Assembly (NCBI GenBank): GCA_965214835.1
Contig: CBDCCK010000002.1
Coordinates: 2,624,001 to 2,688,000 of the forward strand
Direction of reading: 5' to 3'
Source of the DNA: Nitrosopumilaceae archaeon
GTDB taxonomy: Archaea; Thermoproteota; Nitrososphaeria; Nitrososphaerales; Nitrosopumilaceae
Length of the DNA: 64,000 nucleotides
Both the position numbers and the translations under genes were made by a program. How positions within the stretch are numbered: position 1 is the first letter of the stretch; each line of letters begins with the position of its first letter. The notes under the pieces were generated by a model, which saw nothing but the letters and a program-made list of their open reading frames with translations, had not been told where the DNA came from and did not search any database. This document shows positions 52,869 to 63,089 of the stretch, in pieces.

Positions 52869-53036
52869 TTAGGGGGCGTTTTCAGGGCTGTCACCAGTCT
52901 CCTGGCCGACTTTGTTTTCAGCAGATTCGGCAGATCCGGCCTCGCGCCTGCGCTTGATCCGCAGCGTAACTGCACCGGCGGCCATGGCAGACAGCAAAAT
53001 CATCCCGACTAGTACCATTTCAAAGCTATAGGCCAT
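52869..53036 (-). CDS. Small single-pass membrane protein (55 aa)
   Basis: MAYSFEMVLVGMILLSAMAAGAVTLRIKRRRE... Confidence 0.55.
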   Translation of the reverse strand: MAYSFEMVLVGMILLSAMAAGAVTLRIKRRREAGSAESAENKVGQETGDSPENAP

Positions 53037-53104
53037 GGTTTACCAAAACGGATCTGAAATAAATCTCGTACGGGGCCCGGGCTCTGAGTCCAGGGCAGCA
53101 AGAT

Positions 53105-53195
53105 AGCCCCTGTCTAGGTAGGGCAGCCAGTCACACATTTGCCTGCAGTTGTGGTTTTCATGCTTGGCCGGCAAGGGAGTATGGCCTCAACTCTG
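53105..53195. mobile_element. Degenerate MITE family E
   Basis: cacacatttgcctgcagttgtg shared with 25219-25310. Confidence 0.6.
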
Positions 53196-53255
53196 ACCCG
53201 GGGCCATCCCGCTACAGTCTAAGCTATATTAGCCCCTCCCTCGGATAGTCAACCT

Positions 53256-54347
53256 GTGATCAAGAGGCAGGAGATCAAAAAAATCGTCAACGGCTACTCG
53301 GACCTTAGAATAGGCGTCCTAGGCAGTCATTCTGCGCTAGAGGTCATGGACGGCGCAAAAGACGAGGGGCTGCAGACCATAGTCGTCTGCCAGAAGGGAA
53401 GGGAGACGCCATACCGGAGGTTTGGAAGGATTGCAGACGAGGTTCTTGTCCTGCCAAGATTCGGTGACATGGCATCGGCCAAGACCCAGAGGATGCTGCG
53501 GGAGACCGGCACCATAATTGTCCCGCACCGCTCCCTTACTGCATATCTGGGATACAAGACGATCGAGGATGCCTTCAAGGTGCCGATCTTTGGAAACAGG
53601 GCGCTGTTTCAGGCCGAAGAGCGCCACCACAAAAAAAACCAGTACTATCTCCTGCAAAAGGCCGGGATAAAGCATCCGAGAATCTTCAAGAACCCAAGGG
53701 ATATAGACGGGCCGGCAATAGTCAAGGTGCAGGAAAAGGACAGGAGGCTTGAAAGGGCGTTCTTTACGGTCTCATCATACCCGGACTATGCGGAAAAATC
53801 CGAGGAGAGGATCAGGCGTGGGCTGATTGCAAGGGAGGATCTAGAGCAGGCAAGCATAGAGGAGCTGGCAATCGGGACGTACCTCAACTTTAACTTCTTT
53901 CACACGCCGATTTCAGACCACTGTGACTTCATAGGCATAGAAAGGCGGCTTCAGACAAACACCATGGACTTTAATGCGCTGCCTGCAAGGCAGCAGCTTG
54001 AGATGGACGTCGACCTGCAGAACATCGAGGTGGGACACACCCCTGCCAGCATAAGAGAGTCGCTGCTTGAGAAGGTCATATCCATTGGGGACAGGTTCGT
54101 CAGGGCAGTCAAAAGGGAGTACGCGCCGGGAATCATAGGGCCGTTCTCGCTGCAAAGCGTGATAACACGAGACCTTGAGATGATAGTCTATGACGTGTCC
54201 CTGAGGGTTCCGGGCAATCCGATTGTTGCCACGACCAGCCCGTACACGAAATACCAGTACGGGGCAACGTTTGGCATAGGCAGAAGAATCGCCATGGAGA
54301 TAAAGAGGGCGCAGGAAGAGGGCAGGCTAGACGAGATAGTGACCTAG
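53256..54347 (+). CDS. purP: PurP-family ATP-grasp formate-dependent ligase
   Basis: LGSHSAL..GAKDEG, GHTPASIRESLL, GPFSLQ, GRRIAMEI. Confidence 0.92.
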   Translation: MIKRQEIKKIVNGYSDLRIGVLGSHSALEVMDGAKDEGLQTIVVCQKGRETPYRRFGRIADEVLVLPRFGDMASAKTQRMLRETGTIIVPHRSLTAYLGYKTIEDAFKVPIFGNRALFQAEERHHKKNQYYLLQKAGIKHPRIFKNPRDIDGPAIVKVQEKDRRLERAFFTVSSYPDYAEKSEERIRRGLIAREDLEQASIEELAIGTYLNFNFFHTPISDHCDFIGIERRLQTNTMDFNALPARQQLEMDVDLQNIEVGHTPASIRESLLEKVISIGDRFVRAVKREYAPGIIGPFSLQSVITRDLEMIVYDVSLRVPGNPIVATTSPYTKYQYGATFGIGRRIAMEIKRAQEEGRLDEIVT

Positions 54348-54781
54348 ACATCCGTGCCTTCCTTTAGGAGGTTTTCTCGAACCAGAATAGGAACGTTATA
54401 GTAGGATGCCAAGGCCAGGGCGTCTGAGGCGCGATAGTTTCTCAGGACCAGCTCGTTTTGGCCTGCAAAGTACAGGTTTGCGCGCAGGACCTGCCCGCTC
54501 TCGTAGATCTTTACCTTTACCAGGAACATCTCATTGTGCTCGCAGATATCCTCAATCATCCTGTATATGGTCGGAAGTGGCTCAGAGTCCTCGTCAAGGA
54601 AGCTTGTGATGTGCTTTGCAACCTCGCCGGAGAATGCGCGCATGTGGAACTCTTTGCCGTCATCAGAGCGCAATATAACCAGGCCCTCCACGGCGTAGGG
54701 ATCAACAAAGCCCACATGCTCGACTGTGACGCATTCATAGTCTGGTTCCTGCTCTTGATCTATTTTCATCGTACTGGACAC
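54344..54781 (-). CDS. Bifunctional nuclease family (DUF151) protein
   Basis: RASDALALA..VPI. Confidence 0.8.
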   Translation of the reverse strand: MSSTMKIDQEQEPDYECVTVEHVGFVDPYAVEGLVILRSDDGKEFHMRAFSGEVAKHITSFLDEDSEPLPTIYRMIEDICEHNEMFLVKVKIYESGQVLRANLYFAGQNELVLRNYRASDALALASYYNVPILVRENLLKEGTDV

Positions 54782-54913
54782 CTTGTCTTAACCTCCAATG
54801 CTTATAAGGGTACAAGCAAAGATCGATCAGTTGAAGCACAGTGATACAGCAGGCGATCTCCCATGTCTGGTCGAAACTAAAATTATTTAAAATGAGGCCG
54901 AAGTGGTAGCTTT

Positions 54914-56734
54914 ATGTCGGCAAGTCCGGAAAGATCGGTCTCGTACATCCTCTCCAAGCCCGTCTCACAGTACATGGAAAAGGAGATCTTGCTCCTAGAC
55001 AGGAAGACGTCCACGCGTTCTGCTACCAGAATCCTGCAAAACTACGAGCATGACGACATAATAGTCACCGAGGACAAAAAACCGATCGGGATTGTTACCG
55101 ACGAGGACATTCTAAACAAGGTGGGCGACTCTAGGGTCACAGCCGAGCACACAAGGCTAGAGGACATCATGTCTGCCCCCCTGATTACCGTGGACGACAA
55201 GACCACCCTGCAGGAGGCGTTGCACATAATGAGGGACAACAACATACGGAAGATTCCCGTGGTCTCAAGGAAAAACAACGTGGTCGGGATGATCCTTCAG
55301 GCCAGGATTGCAAACGTCATCCGCAGCGCAAGCGCTGTTCCCCCAAGGCTACTCAGCCCCCCCGTAAAGGCCATCCTGGGAAACCTGGGGTTTGTCCTGC
55401 AGTTTGCAGGCGTGCTACTGCTCGTGCCTGCAATCATGGCCACAATCGTGCTAAACGACCCGCAGACGGCGACGGGAATCTATTCTACGACGGTCCTGCT
55501 GCTAGTCACGGGATTTTTTTTGAACTCCTATGGCGAAAAGGCCAGCCTGGACATGCGGCAGGCCTCAATCCTGGTGTTTTGTAGCCTGTTTATCCTTACG
55601 CTGTATGGAACCATACCGTACCTGTATGTGGCGCACATCGCAGGCGAGACAAGCATAGAGTCCTTTGCAAGCAGCTTTTTTTCCAGCGCTGCAGGATTCA
55701 CCACGGGAGGAATCTCTCTGTATGACACCCCGGAGGACCTGCCCCAGAGCTTTACGTTCTATCGCAGCTTTACGCAGCTGGTGGGGGGGATGAGCTTCAT
55801 CTACCTGGTAATGACTGCGTTTTACCCCGAGGGAAAGCTGCAGTCGATGAGGGGCTTTATCTCCGGAAAGACACTGCACATGAGGGAGCTCTTTGGAACC
55901 ATCACGGTAATCTTCACTCTGTATATAGTGATTGTCGCGGTGCTGCTTTTCCTGTTCGGGGAGCGGGACATCGTCGACAACCTGTCGCTGGCAATGAGCA
56001 CGCTTGCGACGGGAGGATTCCTGCCTGACTCTACAATAGTGGACAGGCTGGTATGGGAGGAGCAGATTGTGCTGATGGCAGCCATGATTCTAGGGGCCCT
56101 GCCGTTCACGTTCCACTATGGGTTTGTCAGGAAGAAGTTCGTATCGCCAAAGCTTGGAAAGGAGGTCCTGGTATACTTTGCAGTCCTCGGAGGTGGGATC
56201 CTGTTGTTTTCGGCACTAGCAGACTTTGAGCCAATCTGGTCTTCGTTTTATACGGTATCGGCTAGCACCACGACGGGGCTTCAGCTGAGCAGCCTGAGTG
56301 GACTGGACGGCGCGGCGCACTCGGTTCTGATAATACTGATGATCATAGGCGGATGCGGGTTCTCGACTGCGGGGGGGATCAAGATATACAGGTTCTTCCA
56401 CCTGAGAAACATCAGGCAGTTTATCCGTGCCGGGACCAGAAAGAACCTTCTGCAGGACAACAAAAAGGAGATCATGTCGACAATCATAATCCTAGCGTCG
56501 TTTCCATTCATAGCGCTAGTCACGGCGGGGCATCTGTCTGCAACCCACGATGCGACCCTGCAGGACTCGTTCTTTGAGGCAGTCGGGGTGATCACCACCG
56601 GAGGGCTGTCTGCAGGCGTGATCTCGCCTGATACGGATCCTGCAACCAAGATGGCGCTCAGCTTCCTCATGATCATCGGAAGGCTTGAGATAATCGCGCT
56701 TGTGTACATCTTTGTTCCAAAGCTGAGCACATAG
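54914..56734 (+). CDS. trkH: TrkH-type potassium transporter with N-terminal CBS pair
   Basis: GIVTDEDI CBS motif; four pore loops (FTTGG, LATGG, STTTG, ITTGG); GRLE. Confidence 0.92.
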   Translation: MSASPERSVSYILSKPVSQYMEKEILLLDRKTSTRSATRILQNYEHDDIIVTEDKKPIGIVTDEDILNKVGDSRVTAEHTRLEDIMSAPLITVDDKTTLQEALHIMRDNNIRKIPVVSRKNNVVGMILQARIANVIRSASAVPPRLLSPPVKAILGNLGFVLQFAGVLLLVPAIMATIVLNDPQTATGIYSTTVLLLVTGFFLNSYGEKASLDMRQASILVFCSLFILTLYGTIPYLYVAHIAGETSIESFASSFFSSAAGFTTGGISLYDTPEDLPQSFTFYRSFTQLVGGMSFIYLVMTAFYPEGKLQSMRGFISGKTLHMRELFGTITVIFTLYIVIVAVLLFLFGERDIVDNLSLAMSTLATGGFLPDSTIVDRLVWEEQIVLMAAMILGALPFTFHYGFVRKKFVSPKLGKEVLVYFAVLGGGILLFSALADFEPIWSSFYTVSASTTTGLQLSSLSGLDGAAHSVLIILMIIGGCGFSTAGGIKIYRFFHLRNIRQFIRAGTRKNLLQDNKKEIMSTIIILASFPFIALVTAGHLSATHDATLQDSFFEAVGVITTGGLSAGVISPDTDPATKMALSFLMIIGRLEIIALVYIFVPKLST

Positions 56735-57063
56735 CAGGCATTACAGGGGCGGAGCTACAGTAGATCCACGAGATTAGCAGGGCGGCCAGCGGGGAGCTGG
56801 CGGGGCAAGGCTGCAGCGGGTGCGGACTCCCCCATAACGGCCCCCAGGTGACCGATAGAGCTGTCCGGGTACCCGAGCCCCTGCCGCCTGTTTTTTGGGC
56901 GGCAGGCTAAAGGATGCACTGATGGTAAAGGCTACGGAAGTTAAGTTCTTGGCAAGCTATCCTGCCGGGGCTGTTTTTGAAAGATCTATGCCAAGCACTG
57001 TTGATACATTCGATGTGATTTTCTCCATGGCTTCCTTGCCTGCGGGGCCGTATATCAAAAACT

Positions 57064-57124
57064 GTGTGAGGTCACGTCCCCTTGCTGGCTAGGCATGGAA
57101 ATCACAATTGTACATGCCAATTCG
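57064..57124. mobile_element. Truncated MITE family E
   Basis: gaggtcacgtccccttgctggctaggcatggaaatcacaat. Confidence 0.7.
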
Positions 57125-57420
57125 GCGGAGCTCAACAAGAGGGCCGACGACATCAAACGATCAGGGCGACATTGGCATGGGTGTTCTGCCCCATAACGGC
57201 ATGCAAGTCATTCATTCTGATGTCATGGTTAAGTCAGGTGCGGTTATTAAAAATAGCGGACTTACGTGGTGGCCATAGATCGTTGCAGCATGCAGGCATG
57301 AGTTTTGCTGCAAGGTGGTTTTGGATGTGGCTGAAAGCCGAGACGGCCTGGCAGGTTGCCCCCGGGAAGACGGACATGGTCAGATACAGTTTAATCCAAT
57401 GCCGGGGGGATTTTGAAGTA

Positions 57421-58242
57421 GTGAGAGAAAAATCAGGGCCCAAGCCAGGAAGGCCGCTAGTCATTGTGGGATTTGTCACCATTGCGGCGCTGTTTGTAGT
57501 GTATTCAAGGTATCAGGATCCAGGACTCCTGACCCCGGAATCCATAGAAGTCATAGTGAGGATCGCGTACGCGTTTTACGTCTTGTTCTTCATGGCACTT
57601 GGTGCAATTGCATACGGAATGTATGTACACCACAAGCAAAAAATCGCCGAGAACCACAAGGGACTGACAACAATCATCGCGCTGGCAACATGGAACCCCA
57701 AAAGCAGGAGAATCTGGGCCATGACGTTTGCAGTATACGGAATATTCTTCTCGCTGTCATCGGGAACCTTGGTCTACCAGCCCGATGTCGTGTTCTCAGA
57801 GGCGTATGGCGTGCAAGTCCCCTCGGGATTCATGGCACCGTGCTGTGACGACCCCGGATACATGCCGACAATCATCATATACCTGACAGAGCACGTAGGA
57901 CTGCAGATTGTTCCAATCAACCTGCTGCTGCAGATCATAGTATCATATCTTGTCGCACTAAACATGGCACTGGCCGTGACTGCCATCACGGTATCAAGAA
58001 AAAGCAGGGGCGTGGGAACGATAGGTGCGGCCACAGGCCTCTTCATAGCGTGTCCCACGTGTGCTGGGACGTTTCTTTCACTGTTTTTGGGAACCGTGAC
58101 AGGGCTGGGGGTCGCATTTGTGATAACCCAGCTTCAGACGATATTCATTGCAGTCACAATACCGGTCTTGCTTGCAACCCCGTTCATAATCGCCAGAAAG
58201 CTGCAAAATGCGGACGGCAGCTGCAAGGTCAGCCCGGAGTAG
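57421..58242 (+). CDS. Multi-pass membrane protein with PCC and CPTC motifs
   Basis: Several hydrophobic segments; the track's 5' extension begins inside a MITE; start uncertain. Confidence 0.8.
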   Translation: MREKSGPKPGRPLVIVGFVTIAALFVVYSRYQDPGLLTPESIEVIVRIAYAFYVLFFMALGAIAYGMYVHHKQKIAENHKGLTTIIALATWNPKSRRIWAMTFAVYGIFFSLSSGTLVYQPDVVFSEAYGVQVPSGFMAPCCDDPGYMPTIIIYLTEHVGLQIVPINLLLQIIVSYLVALNMALAVTAITVSRKSRGVGTIGAATGLFIACPTCAGTFLSLFLGTVTGLGVAFVITQLQTIFIAVTIPVLLATPFIIARKLQNADGSCKVSPE

Positions 58243-58483
58243 GCCTTACCTCCGGGGTTTTATAGTCTCCGATATCAAGGCCGTCACGACGGAGATATTT
58301 TAGGGACAGCTTGTATACCAGCTCGTCATGATCCACACGCTCTAGGATCTCAGTCCACGACATCCTGCCGTTTTTTGCTATGGTTTCCTGAAATTCCAGG
58401 TTCATTTTTTCTGCAAGCTCCCGGCATTGCTCCATGGTCTTGCCGTTTTTGTAGGCGCCAACACGCCTGTCGCAGCTTTTCAT
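58229..58483 (-). CDS. Hypothetical protein
   Basis: VDHDELVYKLSLKYLRRDG. Confidence 0.7.
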   Translation of the reverse strand: MKSCDRRVGAYKNGKTMEQCRELAEKMNLEFQETIAKNGRMSWTEILERVDHDELVYKLSLKYLRRDGLDIGDYKTPEVRPTPG

Positions 58484-58517
58484 GGTTATCCAGTGGACGC
58501 GCCGAATAAAAATATGA

Positions 58518-58814
58518 TCAAGAGCCCAGCTTTTCGAGATCCGGCAGAATTATTCGCTCAAAAATCAGATCATCGCTTATCCAGATGCATTTTATGTCGT
58601 TGTCAGGGCACGCCTTTCCGGGTTCCTTGTCCTTTGTGATAAACACCATGTTGTTTTCTTTGGCATACTGCATGATGTTGTAGTCGTGTGCCATTTTTTC
58701 ATTTCCGGCCTTTAGTTTTTTTACGCTTTCTGCATGGTATCCGGCATCTTGCAGCTTTAGATCCAACCCGTCGCTGGTCTCATCAACTAGGATTTTGGGT
58801 CTGCCATATATCAT
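58518..58814 (-). CDS. DUF5615/Mut7-C-like PIN protein
   Basis: KILVDE...D..IMQYAKENNMVFITKD. Confidence 0.8.
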   Translation of the reverse strand: MIYGRPKILVDETSDGLDLKLQDAGYHAESVKKLKAGNEKMAHDYNIMQYAKENNMVFITKDKEPGKACPDNDIKCIWISDDLIFERIILPDLEKLGS

Positions 58815-58871
58815 GTATCAAATCAAAGCTTGGAGATAATAAGACTTCTGTCCTCCCCGCTGCATGCCAGG

Positions 58872-59228
58872 TCAGAGATCTGATGTGATCTTTTTGGCCC
58901 GGGTTATTATCGCCAGCTTTTCCTCTATTGCCAGCTCGGGCTCCATTGTAAAGTAAACTGTGTGGTTCTTTGGATAAATTGCGATTTGGGTCAGCTTTTC
59001 GCGCTCAACGTGGACATAGCGAACCTTTCCCAGCGTTCTGTCAAAGTTTTTCCTCATCCTCCTTCGCTTGGCAACCTGCTGGCAAAAGTGCTCCTCCTCC
59101 TGCTGGGACTTTAGCGAGTTCTTTCCGCTCTTCATTATGGCCTCCACGATGTTCCCCTGCGTATCAACGATTGCGGCAAACCTCATCTGCGGATCCAGGC
59201 TAATGATGTCCTCGACTATCCTGATCAT
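58872..59228 (-). CDS. Roadblock-like (DUF6659-like) protein
   Basis: LDPQMRFAAIVD..FDRTLGKVRYVHVEREK. Confidence 0.75.
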   Translation of the reverse strand: MIRIVEDIISLDPQMRFAAIVDTQGNIVEAIMKSGKNSLKSQQEEEHFCQQVAKRRRMRKNFDRTLGKVRYVHVEREKLTQIAIYPKNHTVYFTMEPELAIEEKLAIITRAKKITSDL

Positions 59229-59337
59229 GTCGACTTCCGTGTTGCTCAACAGCCAAAATTCCGCGTGGGCAAATATAATTGAATTAGGCACATTCAAGGC
59301 GTAAAATCATAATATAATGCGGGGCCCAACGGCCTTT

Positions 59338-59949
59338 ATGAGATCCCAAATTGCCAGGGTTTTGGAGAGGCTTGAGGAACGATCAGGGCTGGAAAGGTCA
59401 CGAGGGGTCGACGTCGCCCCTGAAGACAGGATGCTCGCAATTACGAGGGATACGGGCCTGTTTTACAATATTTTATTGAGGTCATCTGGGGCCAGACGGG
59501 TGTTGGAGATTGGCACGTCTGCAGGATACTCTACGCTGTGGTTTGCAGATGCGGTTTTAGGGAACGGTGGCGAGGTTGTCTCAATAGAGCAAAGCCCGTC
59601 TAAAATCAAGAGGGCGAAAAGAAACTTTGAGGAGGCCGGGGTTTCAGATATGATTACCGTAGTTCACGGAACCGCACTAGACGTGCTACAGGAGGTAAGA
59701 CAGTCCGGAGTGGGGTTTGACTTTGTCTTCATTGACGCAGACAAGGAGAACTGTAAAAACTATTTTGATCTGGCGTTTCCGATGCTAAACGTAAACGGGG
59801 TGGTTGGAACCGACAACATGCTGTATCCCGAAAAGTACCGGGAATGGATGAGGGGGTTCGGCGATCACGTTAGGACACACTCGAACGCAAGGACCGTCAC
59901 GCTGGATGTCGGAAACGGACAGGAGCTGACGGTAAAGACCTCCGGCTAG
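59338..59949 (+). CDS. Class I SAM-dependent O-methyltransferase
   Basis: LEIGTSAGYS, FVFIDADK, DN. Confidence 0.92.
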   Translation: MRSQIARVLERLEERSGLERSRGVDVAPEDRMLAITRDTGLFYNILLRSSGARRVLEIGTSAGYSTLWFADAVLGNGGEVVSIEQSPSKIKRAKRNFEEAGVSDMITVVHGTALDVLQEVRQSGVGFDFVFIDADKENCKNYFDLAFPMLNVNGVVGTDNMLYPEKYREWMRGFGDHVRTHSNARTVTLDVGNGQELTVKTSG

Positions 59950-60203
59950 GCCCTTGGTTTTTCCTAGGCCATGCGGTCTTTGGGTTTGGCCGTCCTTTTG
60001 GAATGTACCCTGACGGGTTTGAGCTGTTTTTGTTTCTGCCCTGGCCTCTTTACATACTTGCAATCATAAATTCTTGAAGGCATATACTGCCGGCAGGGAC
60101 ACCTGATCATGAAATGCCGCATGGGCTTTTGCTTGCCAGCGCATCTTGGATTGGCGCCTTTTGATTTTCGTGCTTTTTCCTTGACTTGCCTTTCCGGCCT
60201 CGG

Positions 60204-60336
60204 GGGGGGGTTGTCGCCTAATTCATCAGAATTCCTGAAAACCATACGATGTCATCCGGATCTAGGCGTGCACGAGGGACGGAAGTTCAGAAAAACGTGC
60301 AGATTGAGCCAGATAGGTGAATTAGGCGACAACCCC
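60204..60336. mobile_element. MITE family M, complete copy
   Basis: TIR ggggttgtcgcctaattca / tgaattaggcgacaacccc; ggcctcgg on both flanks. Confidence 0.85.
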
Positions 60337-60795
60337 GGCCTCGGGTGGTTTTCTTTTAGCCCCGTACATGAGGATCTGTCCATCCTCATCCTGACAGTGC
60401 ACACAGTTGAGGGCGGATCTTTTTTTATCTAAACGGACACGACGTGTCAAAGCTGTGATCCGTCCTTTGATGCGATTACCGCAGGCGGCTTTGGATTTGC
60501 CTGCGTCATGACTTTTCCTTCCTGCTTGGCCTTGCCACCTCCGGTCTCTGCACCCGCTTTTATCAGGCATCCTGCTTGGCCGCAATGGATCCTGCCGCTC
60601 CTGTCTGCCTGGCAAGCTTTTTTTTTGCTGCGCTACCAGAACTGCAGGCCGGGACTTGCCTTTGCATGATGCATGCAGCCTTGCCATGAGGTATTGGCTC
60701 CGGCCCAGTCTGCGTGAGGCTAGGCGCTGTTGGCATGCGTTTTTTAGCAAATCCCGCCCCAGGTCCTGTGGCGCAAGAACCTGATCATGGGACTT

Positions 60796-61953
60796 TCAGT
60801 CCCAGATCTTTTCTTTAAACGTCCACTTCTTGTTCAAGACAAAGTTTCCCAACGCGGCAGTCGTCACCGAGATCACAAGTGCAACCGGGTAGGCCATCCC
60901 ATATCCGTCCACCAGCCCAAACACCATCCCCAGCTGAGCCAGCGCCCCAAACGAGCTAAAGACGATGAATTTTGAATACTGGGACAGTGTTCGCCGGAGG
61001 CCAAAGTCCCGGTCACTGAATGTCCATGCCTTGTTAAGGACGAAGTTGCTTGTCATGGATACGGCAATCCCAATGATATTAGCGTGCAGGTACCACATGT
61101 CTACGATTCCGCCTGCAAACAGAAGGGATACAAGGTAGTTGACGCCCAGGCCGGAGGCGCCAACGGTGAAAAAGCGCGCAGCCTTTGAGATGAACCGCAC
61201 GGACTTTTTGGATTTGCTGGTTTTGTCCTGCTTGCCATATCGGTACAGCCTCCAGACAGATCTTGCATAGTCAAGAACGGTCGAGGCTCCAAACTTGCTT
61301 GATCCGAACTGCCTGTCGGTGAAGGTGTAGGGAATCTCAGCTATGTTGATTTCCTTGGACTTGACAAGGATTTCCAGTAGCATTTTGGGGCCGACTGTGT
61401 CAAACTTCAAATCCCGGATTATTCTTTTCTTGAATGCAAAGAACCCGGACATGGGATCTGCAGTATCAATTCCCAGCCCCTTTTTGGCAATCTCGGTGGC
61501 AGTTTTGCTGATTATCTTTCGTTTGATGCTCCAGCCCATGATGGCACCGCCTGCAGTGTACCTAGAGGCAATTGCCAGATCATACCTTGACTTTAGCGCA
61601 TCAAGCAGTTTTGGGATCAGATTCGGGGGGTGGGACAGGTCGCTGTCCATTACCACGATGGTCTCGGCGGTGGCTTGCCGGATGCCAGACAGTGTTGCAG
61701 AGGTGAGTCCGGTTTGGGCTTTTCTGTGGATTACATTGGTAGTATTGTTTGCAAATTCCTTGACGTTTCTGATGTACTCCTCAACGATGTTGCCGGTCCC
61801 ATCAGGTGAGTTGTCATCGACTACGATGGTTTCAAACGGTATTTTTTGGGGGATAGAGTCCCCGATGGACTTTAGGATTTTTAGAATGTTTTGAGACTCG
61901 TTGTACGTAGGAAGGATTATGGATACCTGCGGGGATTCATTCCTGCCCATCAT
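60796..61953 (-). CDS. GT2 dolichol-phosphate mannosyltransferase-like protein with GtrA domain
   Basis: PTYNE, VDDNSPDGT, MDSDLSH, DPMSGF; NFVLNK..W..F twice. Confidence 0.93.
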   Translation of the reverse strand: MMGRNESPQVSIILPTYNESQNILKILKSIGDSIPQKIPFETIVVDDNSPDGTGNIVEEYIRNVKEFANNTTNVIHRKAQTGLTSATLSGIRQATAETIVVMDSDLSHPPNLIPKLLDALKSRYDLAIASRYTAGGAIMGWSIKRKIISKTATEIAKKGLGIDTADPMSGFFAFKKRIIRDLKFDTVGPKMLLEILVKSKEINIAEIPYTFTDRQFGSSKFGASTVLDYARSVWRLYRYGKQDKTSKSKKSVRFISKAARFFTVGASGLGVNYLVSLLFAGGIVDMWYLHANIIGIAVSMTSNFVLNKAWTFSDRDFGLRRTLSQYSKFIVFSSFGALAQLGMVFGLVDGYGMAYPVALVISVTTAALGNFVLNKKWTFKEKIWD

Positions 61954-62088
61954 GAAGGGGTGCCAATTTCATAGTTATTAATATTAACATGAAAAAATTT
62001 GTCAAAGTAATCGATTTTTCCTAAAAAACCGGCTTGGCAGATCGATCAGGCATGGCCATGCCAGCCATTAATCAGCCATGGAATAGAC

Positions 62089-62991
62089 ATGAAAATAGCG
62101 TCGCCATGGGCTGCCTCATATACCCAGAGATTAAAGAAGTGCAGTGGGTGCGCACAAAAATGGCGCCTATGCAAAACATTCCCAAAAAAGATAATGTGCG
62201 CAAACAGCGACAAGAGCACGCCATGCCTTGACAACATAAGGAGAGCCGACATCCCGGTGGTTGCCCATACCCACGATCCACACTTTGCAAAAAGCTGGGA
62301 TCTGATCGGATTTCATGAAAAATACAGGATCAACTGCTACTTTAACTTCATGTCTGCCAGTTATTTTTACAGGCATTTTCCCGGCGATTTCACATACAGG
62401 ACTATAACATATGGCGTCGAGCCGGATCTGCCGTACTGCAAGCCGTTTGAAGACAGGATAAAGGATCGCATCCTGCTTACAGGCATGCTTGGAGAGCCCA
62501 AATCGCTCGTCGGCCGTATGCTCAACACCATGAGGTTAAGGCGCAGTACAGTGTGGAACATCTACAAGCTAAGAAGAATGTGCAAAAAGCTGCCATATGT
62601 GGATCATGCCGGAGTCATACCGGGAACCATCACATACGTGCACGGCGGCCATCCCGATTTTATCACACACCTGTCGCAGTACAGGACGACCATTGCCGCT
62701 ACAGGATACTATCCCACGATCAAGTATTACGAGTCCACCGCTGCAGGATGCCTTACGTTCATGGAAATGACGCCTAAAAACGACGGCGGATATCTTGGGT
62801 TTCGTGACGGGGAGACGGCAGTTTTTATCAACCAGAGGAACTACCGCAGAAAGTTTCAGGACTATCTAGACGACCCGGACAGTCCAAGGTGGGAGCAGAT
62901 AGCCCTGCAGGGAAGGCGGCACACCATGAAGAACCTTACAAACGACGTGGCCTCAGAGTCCCTGGTACGTCTGATAAGGGAGATCACATAA
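62089..62991 (+). CDS. Putative glycosyltransferase (CgeB/Glyco_trans_1_2-like)
   Basis: PTIKYYESTAAGCL..LGFRDGE..IALQGR. Confidence 0.7.
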   Translation: MKIASPWAASYTQRLKKCSGCAQKWRLCKTFPKKIMCANSDKSTPCLDNIRRADIPVVAHTHDPHFAKSWDLIGFHEKYRINCYFNFMSASYFYRHFPGDFTYRTITYGVEPDLPYCKPFEDRIKDRILLTGMLGEPKSLVGRMLNTMRLRRSTVWNIYKLRRMCKKLPYVDHAGVIPGTITYVHGGHPDFITHLSQYRTTIAATGYYPTIKYYESTAAGCLTFMEMTPKNDGGYLGFRDGETAVFINQRNYRRKFQDYLDDPDSPRWEQIALQGRRHTMKNLTNDVASESLVRLIREIT

Positions 62992-63089
62992 CGCGGCAAA
63001 ACCGCGGAGGGCAGATCAAAAAGACCGGCAGTCTCCAAGTCCAGATAGCGGTGCCGTGCTGCCGACAGGTCATTGGAGGTTGCCGTGAA

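Noticed and set aside
54914-56734. CBS-TrkH fusion as a novelty
   Set aside because: Appears to be a normal thaumarchaeal architecture in a core context.
59964-60750. Basic ORFs of 92-142 aa
   Set aside because: They cross a MITE and degenerate DNA and show no motifs.
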